Positions 1 through 11,773 of a stretch of DNA of 64,000 nucleotides are shown here, piece by piece; positions within the stretch are counted from its first letter, which is position 1, and every line of letters starts with the position of its first letter. The DNA lies in the NCBI GenBank assembly GCA_033442325.1, contig JAWQFM010000023.1:1018533-1082532 (forward strand), read 5' to 3'. A model generated the notes under the pieces. That model searched no databases and had not been told where the DNA came from. It saw only the letters and a list, made by a program, of their open reading frames with translations. Both the position numbers and the translations under genes were made by a program. The stretch comes from Salpingoeca rosetta (lineage: Eukaryota > Protista > Choanoflagellata).

Positions 1-48
<48 letters not shown>

Positions 49-79
49 TCAGCACGCGCAAACGCACGCGCAAACGCAC

Positions 80-948
80 CTCTCGACGTTCATCTTCTTG
101 AAGCGCCAGTGCTCGAGGTCGTTGAGGCGAATGCTGCCCTCCTTGCGCACTTTGTCGTAGTCCATCTCCGTATCGGCGTCTGGCAGCGCAACCATCACGT
201 GCTCAAAAAAGACGACCATCTTCTTGTAGTCGTTCTTCTGCCTGGCGTCGGTGCCTGCAACGCGCAGGATGGACCGCAGCGACGGCGCTTCTTGCTGCTG
301 CTCGTCCGCTGGGGCCCCACATGTCTTGCCGAGGAAGCGCTGCTCAAGTAGCTGCCGCTGGCAGCGAGCATGGTCGGCCAGGTCTGGCGTCTGCACCTCC
401 GTCACGGGGACGCTCGGGTGCTCGTCCACAACGGCCGCCGTCTTCATGTGCTCAACAGCCACACACACAATCACAAATGTCTGTGGCACCTCCCACTCCG
501 GGGTGGGTGGCGTGCTCGCGTCGACGGTGGCCGTGGGTGCGCTTGGCTCTTCCTGTTGCTGCGGCTGCGGCTGCGGCTGCGGCTCCAGCTCCTCTTCTTC
601 TTCTTCGTCTTCTTCGCCGTCGTCGTCTTGTTCTTGTTCTTGGTCTTGGGGTTGTGGCTCCGCCTCCTGCTGCGTGGTCGTTGTCGACGCAGCCTCCTCG
701 TCGTCAAAGGTGGGCGGGGGCGATGGCGGCGACGAGGTGGACTCAGGCGACATGCCTGCGTATCCGCTGTCTTGTCGCTGCTGCGCGTTGTCGCTGGCCT
801 GGCCTTGCTTCGTGCCTCCTTGTTCTTCTTCTTCTTGCTGCTGCTGCTCTTGCTGCTCTTGTTGGTGGGGCTGTAGCGGCTCCTCACGGCCGCGGTTCGA
901 TGCAAGAAGCGCTGCTGTTGCGCTTCTTGTTGTACTTGTCGTCATCAT
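80..948 (-). CDS. First exon of a low-complexity Q/E/P-rich protein with candidate PP1-docking motifs; continues beyond window start
   Basis: Open frame from ATG at 948 (the ORF-track start at 1068 is GTG) to a GT donor at 79-78 followed by (GT)n. The C-terminal part reads RSILR...KKMVVFFEHVMVA...DYDK. Confidence 0.6.
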
Positions 949-1813
949 GGTGCTGCTGCTGCTGCTTATGTTTCTGTGTCGATGTATACTCCAGCGTGGC
1001 GGTGACGGGGAGAATGGTGTCGGTCGTCGTTGTTTTGGTTGTTGTGGTTGCTGGTCGTGTTGTCGCACAACGACAAAAGGATGTGGAGCAATGTGCTTGT
1101 ATTCGTGGTGATGTATGTGCTATGTGCTTGTGCGGTGGTCTCGATGCAAAATGCGCCGTGTGGGTTTGGCTGTGTCTGCGTCGGGGATGATCAAAGAGAC
1201 TTTGCGGCGAAAACCGTTGGTTGTGGTGATAAGATACGGTCGATGAGTCAGGTGCGATGAATGCGCAGAAGAAGGGAATTGTTCACAGTCGTCGCCTTCC
1301 TGCTTGCTTCTTGTGATCAAACCTTCGCACTCTTCCCTTGCGTGCGTGTGCGTGTGGGTGTGTCAAAACTTGTTGGCTATTTGTGGCTTGCCGTGTGTGC
1401 TTGTTGCTGCTGGTGCGTGTTGTTGTGTCTTTCTTGATGATATCTGGTGGTGGTGTTGTGGCTCGTGAGGTCGCGCTGGTCGTCGACTCGTTGCTTCTCG
1501 CAGCTGTGGCTGATGAGATTGATTGATGAGTTGTCCCCAACGTCGCGTTGTGCGTTCGCCTCTCTTCGCTTCTTGCACACGCGCGCGTGTGTTTGTGTTT
1601 GTTTGGTTTTTTTGCCTGGTGGGTGTGGCAACGGCCACCAAAAATTATCTATTGTCGATTCCAGGTTGGGCGCGTAACTCCCATGGCGAATAATCAAGGA
1701 AATCAGCAACTAAAATTCTTACACAGTTTTCTGAGGCCTCTTGCATAACTGTTGGAAAACATGGTCAGACATGAAAAAAGAATGATCGCGACACGACAGT
1801 TAAAAATGCAGTG

Positions 1814-2142
1814 ATGGAGGACAACGCTGGTGATGGAGATGGTGGTGGAGTTGGTAGAGGGGACAGCAGGGATGAAGCAACGGACATGGTTGGGAGGGGG
1901 ACGGCGTACACAGCAAGAGCAGCAACAGCTACAGCTACAGGAAGCAGGGTGGGGAGAGGAGGCAGAGCGGGGAGAGGAGGCAGAGCTGGGAGAGGAGGCA
2001 GAGCGGGGAGAGGAGGCAGAGCGGGGAGAGGAGGCAGAGCGGGGAGAGGAGTCAGCGAGGTGGTGGCATCTCACGACGACGACGACGACAAAGACGACGA
2101 CGACGATGCTGATGATGACGACGACGACGACGACGACGATGC

Positions 2143-2217
<75 letters not shown>

Positions 2218-4521
2218 GTACGACGAGACAGCGCCGCTGTTATCAATTCAGGTTGATGCATTGGAATCGCCTGGACTGCGTGAGGGCATCGCACCAGCAC
2301 CAAACAACGATACCGCTATCAACACCGACAACAACAACAGCAGTGATAACGACAGCGAAACCAGTGCACGGCGACGACGGTACTACTTCTTCGCATCTAC
2401 CGGCAGTCACAATGACAACGGCGACTCTAGCGCAAGGCGGAAGCATCCGGGCTACTACGCATCCATTCCCGCATCCAGGGGATGGGATGACGGTACTGGT
2501 CCCAGCTCCAGTCGGCACTCTCGCAACACTGCCAATGAACAACACTCACAACAGCAGCACACACACCAACAACACTCACAACAACAGCACTCACAACAAC
2601 AGCACCCACAACAGCACGGCACGTACCCTCACACTCATCCTGACACAGTTACTCACACGCACCCCACCTACGACACCTCCCAGCAATACGCACATCAGCA
2701 CAACCTGTATGACTTCTTCAGCGCCTCCGACAACAGCGATCACAATGATGATGATGATGATGATGACGATGATGATGATGATGATGGCAACGCAAGCAGT
2801 GCGTGGCGACGACGTAGTCGTGGACGCTTCGGCCACAATGGCACCAGCCAACAGCCACTACAAGCAGCAACTGCACCACAACACCAGCGATACCAACAGC
2901 CACAGCCACAGCCACGTCAGCAGCGGTCACAACAAACACCGCGCAGGAAGAGGCGCTGGTGGTATCCCTCGAGCTCTGATGACGATGTGCTGATCAACAG
3001 CAGCTGGGCTGACGATGTTGCTGCCTTTCACAACGGTGATGATGGAGGTGACGCAGGTGATGCTGTTGTTGCTGGCATGGGCGATACTGCCACTACTGCT
3101 ACGACTGCTGCCACTGCTACGACTGGAACGACTGGTGTTGCTGATGCTGCTGATGATGACGATGATGATCGGCCTCACGGTTACGATGCTTGGGCCAACA
3201 GCGGGCGATTCGATCGTGAATATGACGAAGCGAGCAGCGTTGGGCCTGGCGGGCGGCTGGATGACGAGCAAGGCGGTGGGTGGGCAAGCATGTCCACGAG
3301 CATCAACATCGAGACGCCGCAGCAGGTGTTCTTTGAGGGCCACGACTTTCGCGTGTTGCGGCTGCGGTGGGAGGAGGCGTCCATCTTCCTCATGGAGGGC
3401 GAAAACAACATCAAGTTTGACCTGCACCCGGCAAACAAGCGCGAGCTCGTCGCCTTTCTCCGCGTGCACAGCACCATCCTCAAGCTGCTTGACCTCTTTG
3501 CCGCCCTCTTTATCATGGCGCTGGCCATATGCGAGTGGCCCGCTGTCCGGACGCCGTTTGGTGTGCTCCCACCGCGCCAGCAGTCGCTGGTTGAGCTTGG
3601 CTGCCTGCTTGTGCTGCTGGTCAAGCCGTTCTTCACCATGCAGTGGCTTGGCGTGCGCCGCATGCTGCTGCGCTCGCGCGGGTGGATTCGCGTGGGCATC
3701 ATCCTGGCCGCGGGCATCGAGTGTGTTGTCATGCTCATCCAGAACGACTTCCACTTTCGCATTACCCGCATGTTTCGCTCCTTCTTCCTCATCGACAGCC
3801 CGTACAACACTGGCATGCGGCGCGTGCTGCGCGAAATCCTGCAGGCGCTCCTGCCCATCTTGGATGTGCTCCTCCTCTACATGTTCTTCATCTTCATCTT
3901 TGCTGTTATCGCCTTTTATGCGTTTGCGGGCGTGAGTGATGACTGGTCCTTTGCCACGCTCAAGGACTCGTTTGTCAGCCTGTTTGTGCTGGTCACCACC
4001 GCCAACTACCCCGACATCATGATGCCGGCCTACAGCCAGTCCCCTTGGGCGTTTCTCTTCTTCTTCGCCTACCTCGTCATCTGCCTCTACTTCCTTCAGA
4101 ACCTCCTCCTCGCTGTGGTCTACGATCAGTTTCGCAACCAGGAGCTCATCAAGTTCAAGAAGCTCTTCTACCACAAGCGCCAGGGCATCAGACTCGTGCG
4201 TGCCCGCTGGTTGTGTGTGATTGCGCGCGCGTGTGTGTATGAATTGTGATTGTGTGATTGTGTATGGTTGTGATTTTGTGATTGTGTATGGTTGTGATTG
4301 TGTGATTGTGTGATTGTGTATGGTTGTGATTGTGTGATTGTGTGTGTGATTGTGTGTGTGTGTTTGGATGACAAGCATTGTCACCTGCTGGTTATCTGTG
4401 TGTTTTGATAATGACGACTTTCCAAGCCCACTCCCCTTCCCTCTCTTTATCCAGCTCCCACCAAGCTCATCTCCTTCTTACACACAACACAACACGCACA
4501 CATACATGCATGTACACACAC

Positions 4522-4594
<73 letters not shown>

Positions 4595-5174
4595 CACCCA
4601 CTGGCAGGCGTACCGGCTGCTGAAGGATGACCGGTGTGGAGGCATCCCATACAGCAGTTTCCGCGGCATGATGCGCTTTCGACGCCCGCGCGCACGCGAT
4701 ATCGACGTTCGCCTCCTCTTCCTCGCACTCAACAAGAGCAACTCCGACGCCCTGAATCTCGAGGTGAGCATGAGTGAGTGAGTGAGTGAGTGAGTAAGTG
4801 AGTGAGTGAGTGAGTGAGTGAGTGAGTGAGTGAGTGTGAGTGTGTGAGTGTGTGTGTGTGTGTGAGTGAGTGAGTGAGTGAGTGTCTGTGCATTCTGTGT
4901 ATAATTGTGCGTATTCTCACGCACATGTGCCTCCGTGACCGCCTGCCATGATTGCGTTTCTTCCCCTGCACTGCCAGGAATTTTACAGCTTCTATGATGC
5001 AGAGAATCTAACGTGGGAGAAGACGCCTTCCGAGGTGCACCCGGCAGAGAGGTGAGCACGTTCCGATGGGCGCTGTCGTGCTTTGCCAATCACTAGCTTA
5101 TGAGTGGCTTTTGCTCTGTGTTTGAGTGGGGGAGGGGAGGCTTCAACAACATTCACATTCACACGCACACACAT

Positions 5175-5266
<92 letters not shown>

Positions 5267-5569
5267 CAGCCACGTGGCGTATGAGCGGCGGCGGTGGAAG
5301 CGGTGGTTGAATGCGCTCGAGAGCGGAATCGGACGCGCCGTCCGCCATCCACATTTCGAAACGCTTGTTGACGTCGTCGTCGTCGTGAACACGTGCGCAT
5401 GGCCAAGATGCCGAGGGTGTCGGGAGGTTGTCGGGAGGGCGTGTGATTGAATGGGGAGGGGGAGGTGTGTTACGCGCATGGTGTTGTGGGCTCTTCTCAC
5501 GCTCGAACTCACGTGCTGCCACACACTTGCTTGCGTGATTGCACGTCCGCACACACACACACACACATA

Positions 5570-5633
<64 letters not shown>

Positions 5634-7492
5634 GTTGTGATTGTGTACAACGCGACAATCACGGATTCCCACCACGCCCACAAGGGCAGCTTTGCCCGCA
5701 TTGAGGAGGCGGATTTTGCGTTTCTCGCATTCTATTGGGTGGAGATTGCCCTCAAACTCTTCACGCTGGGGCCGCTTGCATACTTTCGCAGCGGCTGGAA
5801 CCAGTGAGTGCAGCCTGTGCCTACTCCCATGTCATGTTGATGGGTTTTGCTTGCATCGTCTGATGCCGCATTTGCTTGCGCGCACCTGCATGCTTGTGAG
5901 AGTGTCTGGTTTCACCATATGGCTTTGTGTGCATGTGCGCGCGCGTTTGCATGTTGGTGCAGGTTTGACTTTATCGTGACGCTGCTGGGAACAGTGGGCG
6001 TATTCGTGCGTGTGCAAATTAGCCTCTTTGTTTCGCTTCGACAGCTCCGTGTGCTGCGTCTCTTCAAAGTCAAGCGCCGCTTTCGCCAGGTGTCGTATGA
6101 GTGCGTGCGTGCGTGTGTGCTGCAGGCGCGCGTGTGTGTATCTCTGTTGTGTGGGCATGCGTGTGCATGCGTGTCCGCATTTCTGTTGTGTGTGTGCGTG
6201 TGTGTGCAGCTGAACTGCCCACGTCTCCCCACCATCGCCATCTTCATCATTACCAACACCTGCGATACGATGGCAGGTCCTGGGTACAATCTTGAGCCTC
6301 ATCCCGAGTCTGGCAAGCATGGTCATGGTTCTCTTCACTGTGTTCTACTCGTTCTCCGTCCTGGGCATCGACCTCTATGCCGGCAAAATATACAAGGTGC
6401 GCCACTGTGTGCATTGCCCTTGCTTCATGGGTGTGTGTGTGTGTGAATGTGTGTGCGTGTGTGTGTGTGCGTGTGTGCGTGTGTGTGTGTGTGTGCGTGT
6501 GTGTGTGTGTGTGTGCTCATGCACATGTATGTGTGTCCGTGGAGCTTTGATGTGCGGATTTTGTTGCCGTTTGCACACGTTCATTCCACGCCTTTCCAAC
6601 CTCTCATCCCTTCTCACCTTGCCCACCTCCACGTCTTGCTTCCCTCTCACCCCCTTCAACCCCATGCCCGTCCTCCCCGCGCGGTCAGGGCTGCTGCGGC
6701 CCCATGTTCAGCGGTGAAACGAGTTCGCAACGCTACTACCTCAACAACTTTGACAACATCTTCCGCAGCTTTGTGACGCTGTTTGAGCTGATGGTGGTCA
6801 ACAACTGGTTCATCATCATGGATGGTGTTGTGCACGTCACCAGCGAGTGGTCGCGCATCTACTTCATGCTCTTCTACATCATCGTCGTGGTGCGTGAAGA
6901 ACGGGGCCGTATGTGTGTGAGGGAGAGACAGAGAGAGAGAGTGAGTGAGTACACATGTGTGTGTGTGAGTGAGTGTGTGAGTGTGTGTTTGAGTGTGAGA
7001 GGGTGTGTGAGTGAGTGTGTGTGAGTGAGTGAGTAAGTGAGTGAGTGAGTGAGTGAGAGCGTGGGTGATGTGAGTGAGTGAGTGAGTGAGTGAGTGAGTG
7101 AGTGAGTGAGTGTGTGTGTGTGAGTGTGTGTGCGCGCGTGTGTGCGTGAATGGGCGAAGATGTTCCCTTTGTATCGGATGCATGCTCTCATTTCTCGCAC
7201 ACTTACTGACTGTGTGTCTCTCGCACAATTCCCACACAACAACACACCAGAACATTGTGCTGAATGTGGTGATTGCGTTTGTGTTGGAGACGTTCCGGTC
7301 CCGCATGAACTTTGAGCGAACATTTGACGAGGAACTTGGACGTATGTCACAGATATGCATTGCCATTGTCGTTCTTGGATGTGTTGGACTGCCTTGATCC
7401 CTGTTGTAATGGCGTGCTCCAGGGACTTTCACACACGTGCATGCACAAACGCGCTCATCATGCACAACGCGCATCTGCGCACATGCACACCA

Positions 7493-7572
<80 letters not shown>

Positions 7573-9132
7573 TGTAAACATGCACACCACTCCTTCACGC
7601 TCGATCAATGTGCTCACTCGTCCACAACCCACCACCATCGTCACATTCCCCCCCCTGCACCACCAGCGGAGAGCCTGGCGGAGGCGGAGGTGGTGATGAC
7701 GGCTGGCGAAGCGCTGCGGTTCACGCGTGACACACGCGTGGAGAACAGACTCAGGCGCATGGGCGAAACACACGTGCGTTGCCTGCTGGCCGTGCTGCTT
7801 AGTGCTGCTTAGTGCTGCTTACTGCTGGTGTCGTTGATCTGTGCTGCGTTGCGCGTATTGTCAACGTTGCTGTACTGTGGCATTGTCACAAGGCAAATCG
7901 TGAAGCGTGCCCTTTGGAGCAACCTTCCACATCCCACTTGCCTCCTGCACTCATGCACTCACGCACTCACGCACTCACGCACTCACTGAACCTTCACCAC
8001 GTGTGCACCGCTCATCTCTCCATCCTCCGCGCCACCCGTTTCACTTCTTGTCGTTCTGCAGTGGGTGCGGTTTGTTGGGCGGCGGCCAAAGACGATGGAA
8101 GACTGTCAAGTCAGACTCTTCCAAGCAGAAGTGAAATCCTGGGCAGATCGCGACCAAGTGCTGCGCACAAGGTGTGTGTGTATGTGTATGTGTGTGTATG
8201 TGTGTGTATGTGTGTGTATGTGTGTGTATGTGTGTGTATGTGTATGTGTGTGTGTGAATGTGTGAATGTGTGTGCGCGCGCAATTGCGTGTGAACGATAG
8301 GATCAACGACATGCTAGGTGAGCCCTGACCTTTCATCCCATCACCACCATCACGCATATCCACCACCACGTATCACGACCACAGCATGATCCCGACTGGC
8401 CGGCGCGCGGACGGCGATGTGCGGGTTGGGCGCCCGCGCCGCGTTATGGCACTGCACACCTCCCTCGATGCAGTTGGCAGCACACGCGAGCCCACGAACG
8501 TGCTCACTGCCATCATGGGCGATGCCGTGGAGAGGATACCGTGGGCGTTTCCATCGCAGCAGCGGCTGATTCTGGACGCGGTGGGGCGGAGGCACGTGCT
8601 GCCTGTGGCGGGTGGTATTGGCGGCGGTGTTGGTGATGATGACGATGATGATGGTGGTGGTGGTGATTTTGATGAGGACTTTGATGATGACGGCAACGCG
8701 TATGGTGAAGATGCATTTGGTGTCGGTGTGGGTGGTGGTGTGGGTGGCGTGAGCGTCAACAGCGTCTTTCGTGATGGTGGTGGTCGACTGCGGAGGAGGA
8801 GAAGAGCACGACGGCAGCGCGGGGTGCTGTCTCCGTTGTCTGAAGGCAGCGAGACTGCTTTCACCGAAACCACCGACGACGACGACGACGATGATGGCGA
8901 TGGTGTTGGTGGTGTTGGTGGTGGTGTGCAGCCACGAGGTGGGCGTTGTGCTGTGCCGGTCACAGACGCAACAGGCAACCAACGCCACGGTGCTGGTGCT
9001 GGTGATGACGATGACGATGAAGTGGTACAATCATTGCTGGCTCGTGCACAGCGGCTGTCAGGGGGCCAGCGCGCTGCATTCGTCCGCGCCCTCACACACG
9101 GGCACCAGGAGCAGCGACAACACACACAATGA
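1814..9132 (+). CDS. TPCN1: Two-pore channel, TPC1-like, about 12 exons: 1814-4195, 4608-4763, 4978-5051, 5270-5392, 5633-5803, 5963-6089, 6277-6396, 6689-6889, 7251-7341, 7667-7773, 8062-8171, 8385-9132
   Basis: Two 6-TM repeats. Pore [16 protein letters not shown], pore [25 protein letters not shown]-terminal [21 protein letters not shown], linker [13 protein letters not shown]1-like C-terminal [19 protein letters not shown] junctions keep the frame. Confidence 0.93.
1950..2050 (+). repeat. 18-bp coding tandem repeat (ggggagaggaggcagagc, about 5.5 copies) encoding (GRGGRA)n
   Basis: Directly visible in TPC exon 1. Confidence 0.95.
2074..2215 (+). repeat. (GAC/GAT)n coding repeat giving a poly-Asp tract of more than 40 residues
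   Basis: Directly visible, in the TPC frame. Confidence 0.95.
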
Positions 9133-9610
9133 CAACAACAACAACAGCAACAACAGCAGCAGCAGCAACAACACGAACAACATCAACAAGAACCAGCAGC
9201 AGTAGTGCTGGTTGTGGGTTTGCTTGTCACGTGTCGCGTCAGTTTGTAAGCAAACGTGCAATGGCACATGTCCGTGTGCATTGTACGTCCTAGGTCTCGT
9301 GGTTGTGTTGGTATAATTTGGCCTAGCTTTGTCAGGATGAAACGAATGAAAACATGTCCTTTATGTAACAGCAAAACGGTCCAGTCAGCGCTGGGCCAAG
9401 AAGAGCCAATGAGAGAAGAGAATGAGCAAATACAACACGCAATGAGAGAGAGAGAGAGATGCATAATGAAGCTAAAGCGGCACAACACACGCGTCAACGT
9501 TCACACACATGCACAACCAACACATGTTCAAGCATACTTCCACACACGCAAAGATCATCACATCACAGCACGCACGTCACAACACACACGCACACACACA
9601 TGTCCACACG

Positions 9611-11164
9611 TCATTGCTGCTTGCTGTGCTGCTGTGAGATGAGGAAAAGCTTGAAGAGCAAGCGAATGCCTGCAAGCACAAAGAAGACAATGAGTGCATA
9701 TGTAACGCGGTTGTCCAGGCCGGCAATCAGGCGCTCCTGCGCATCTGTTGTGCGAATGGTTGTCTTCAGTCGCTGCGACGCAACGCCACTCCGCGCGTCG
9801 TTACGATTCCTCATCGCCTCCACCTTCTCCGCTGTCGTTTGTGCCTTGGCCTGCGTGTCCGTTGCCTGTCCGCCCACGCGGCGGCGAAGTGAGCTTCCGC
9901 GGGCCGTTGCACTGCTCGCATCACCCGCACCGCTGTTGCTGTTGTCTGAGCGCCCAAGCTGGAACATGTCCTCGATGTCTGTTGGCTGGCACGCACCGCC
10001 GCCTGTGCCCGCGGTGGCGCCGTTGTTCCTCTGGGAGGAGATGACGAGCTGCCCGCACGCCGCGTTGACGTCCTGGCCAAGCTCCTGCCGCACAATCGTG
10101 CGCAGGTCATACTCGCGCAGCACCGCGTTGAACTTCTCCAGCGTCTCCGAGGACGGCGCCTTGTAGTCGTGCGGCACGTCTGTTGGGTTGTACGGGATGA
10201 CATTGAGGATGACCTCCCGCCCCTCCAGGAGACGCCCGAGCTGGTGCGCCACCTCCTCCGACGAGTTGACGTTGTCGATGAGGACGTACTCGATGAGCAC
10301 GTGCGACTTGCGCGAGGCCACCTGCGAGCGGTGCTCGATGAAGTTGTCCATGGCCGCCATGATACGGTCAATGTGCCACGCCTTGGCCGTGGGCACAATC
10401 TGCGCCCGCAGCTCCTGCGTTGGCGCGTGCAGGGAGAGCGCCAGGCCAACCTGCGGGATGTCCTCGGCCATCTTCAGCATCTTGGGCACGACGCCGACCG
10501 TGGACACGGCGATGCGCGAGGGCGAGAGGCTGAAGCGCTGCACGTCCGTCATGCCCCTGACGGCCATGACGACGGCGTCGTAGTTGTCCAGGGGCTCGCC
10601 CATGCCCATGAAGACGACGTTGCGGATCTTCTCCACGGTGTTTGCGTGGTAGAGCTGCTCCAGGATCTCGCCCGCGGTGAGGTTGCTGAGCAGGCCCATG
10701 GTGCCAGTGGCGCAGAAGGTGCAGCCCATCTTGCAGCCGACCTGCGAGGACACGCACACGGTGGCGCGCTCCTTGCTGGCAAACACGGTTTCGCCGTCCT
10801 CTGTGCGGCGCTGGCGGTCCGAGGGGAAGTTGCGCAGCTCCACGCGGCCGTAGCGCATGATCACCGTCTCCACCAGCGCGCCGTCCTGCAGGCGGATGAG
10901 TAGCTTGGTGGTGGACTCGTCCGCGGACGTCTTGAAGCTCTCCAGCTTGGACGTGGTGATGACAAACTTCTCCTTGACAAGCTTGTACAGCGCCTTGGGC
11001 AGCTCCGGGATCTCCTCCACGTCCGTGACGCCCCTGGCGATGATGTGTCGCCACATCTTGTAGGCGTGCTTGTGGTTGATGCCCAGCTTGGTGCATTCCT
11101 CCAGAACCAGGCCTTCATCAAGCAGCGGCATCGGGTGCAGCCTCCGCTTCATCGACGGCGCCAT
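9611..11164 (-). CDS. RlmN/Cfr-family radical SAM RNA methyltransferase, intronless, with C-terminal hydrophobic helix
   Basis: CVSSQVGCKMGCTFCATG (CxxxCxxC), NVVFMGMGEPLDNY, LSLHAP, IEYVLI, AACGQL. ATG at 11164, TGA at 9613-9611. Confidence 0.93.
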   Translation of the reverse strand: MAPSMKRRLHPMPLLDEGLVLEECTKLGINHKHAYKMWRHIIARGVTDVEEIPELPKALYKLVKEKFVITTSKLESFKTSADESTTKLLIRLQDGALVETVIMRYGRVELRNFPSDRQRRTEDGETVFASKERATVCVSSQVGCKMGCTFCATGTMGLLSNLTAGEILEQLYHANTVEKIRNVVFMGMGEPLDNYDAVVMAVRGMTDVQRFSLSPSRIAVSTVGVVPKMLKMAEDIPQVGLALSLHAPTQELRAQIVPTAKAWHIDRIMAAMDNFIEHRSQVASRKSHVLIEYVLIDNVNSSEEVAHQLGRLLEGREVILNVIPYNPTDVPHDYKAPSSETLEKFNAVLREYDLRTIVRQELGQDVNAACGQLVISSQRNNGATAGTGGGACQPTDIEDMFQLGRSDNSNSGAGDASSATARGSSLRRRVGGQATDTQAKAQTTAEKVEAMRNRNDARSGVASQRLKTTIRTTDAQERLIAGLDNRVTYALIVFFVLAGIRLLFKLFLISQQHSKQQ

Positions 11165-11773
11165 CGTGCGTTTTGGTGCGTTGTGTTGTGTTGTGTTGTG
11201 TTGTGTTGTGTTGGGAAGAGGTGTTGGGGGGGGTTTGGTGGAGGGGGGGGGGGTTTGGTGGAGGGGGGAGGTTAGGCATGGGAGCACGATGAGAGTGGAT
11301 GCTTGTGTGCGTGTGTTTGTGTGTGTGGTTTGCACGCTGCACGCCGCTGTTTGTCTCCCTGCTGCTGCTTGTTGCTTCTCAGCTTATGCATTCACCACGT
11401 GCACATTCCCAATTTTCTACACAGCGGCATTTCACGGAAGACGTTCGGTAAGTTTCCTCTGCCCACGAGAGCCCAACTGGCAACGACGACGAAAAAAGCA
11501 CCAACAGCCACACCAACCAACAAACCAACCCACCAACCACACGACCGCACAACACACCTTGCTTGTACTCCCCGCTTGTTGGTCGTTGTTGTTGTCGTTG
11601 TCATCGTCGCAGCCATCCATCTATCCCTCTGTCTTGTCTCACGACGAATCACCTTTGCGTTCCTTCCTTCCTTTTGGAATCCCTGATCAACAACCAAAGC
11701 AGACAAAACCCACCACCCTTCTGCACCTTCTTCGTAAGCAGCAACCAACCACAACAGCCACACAACAAGCATC

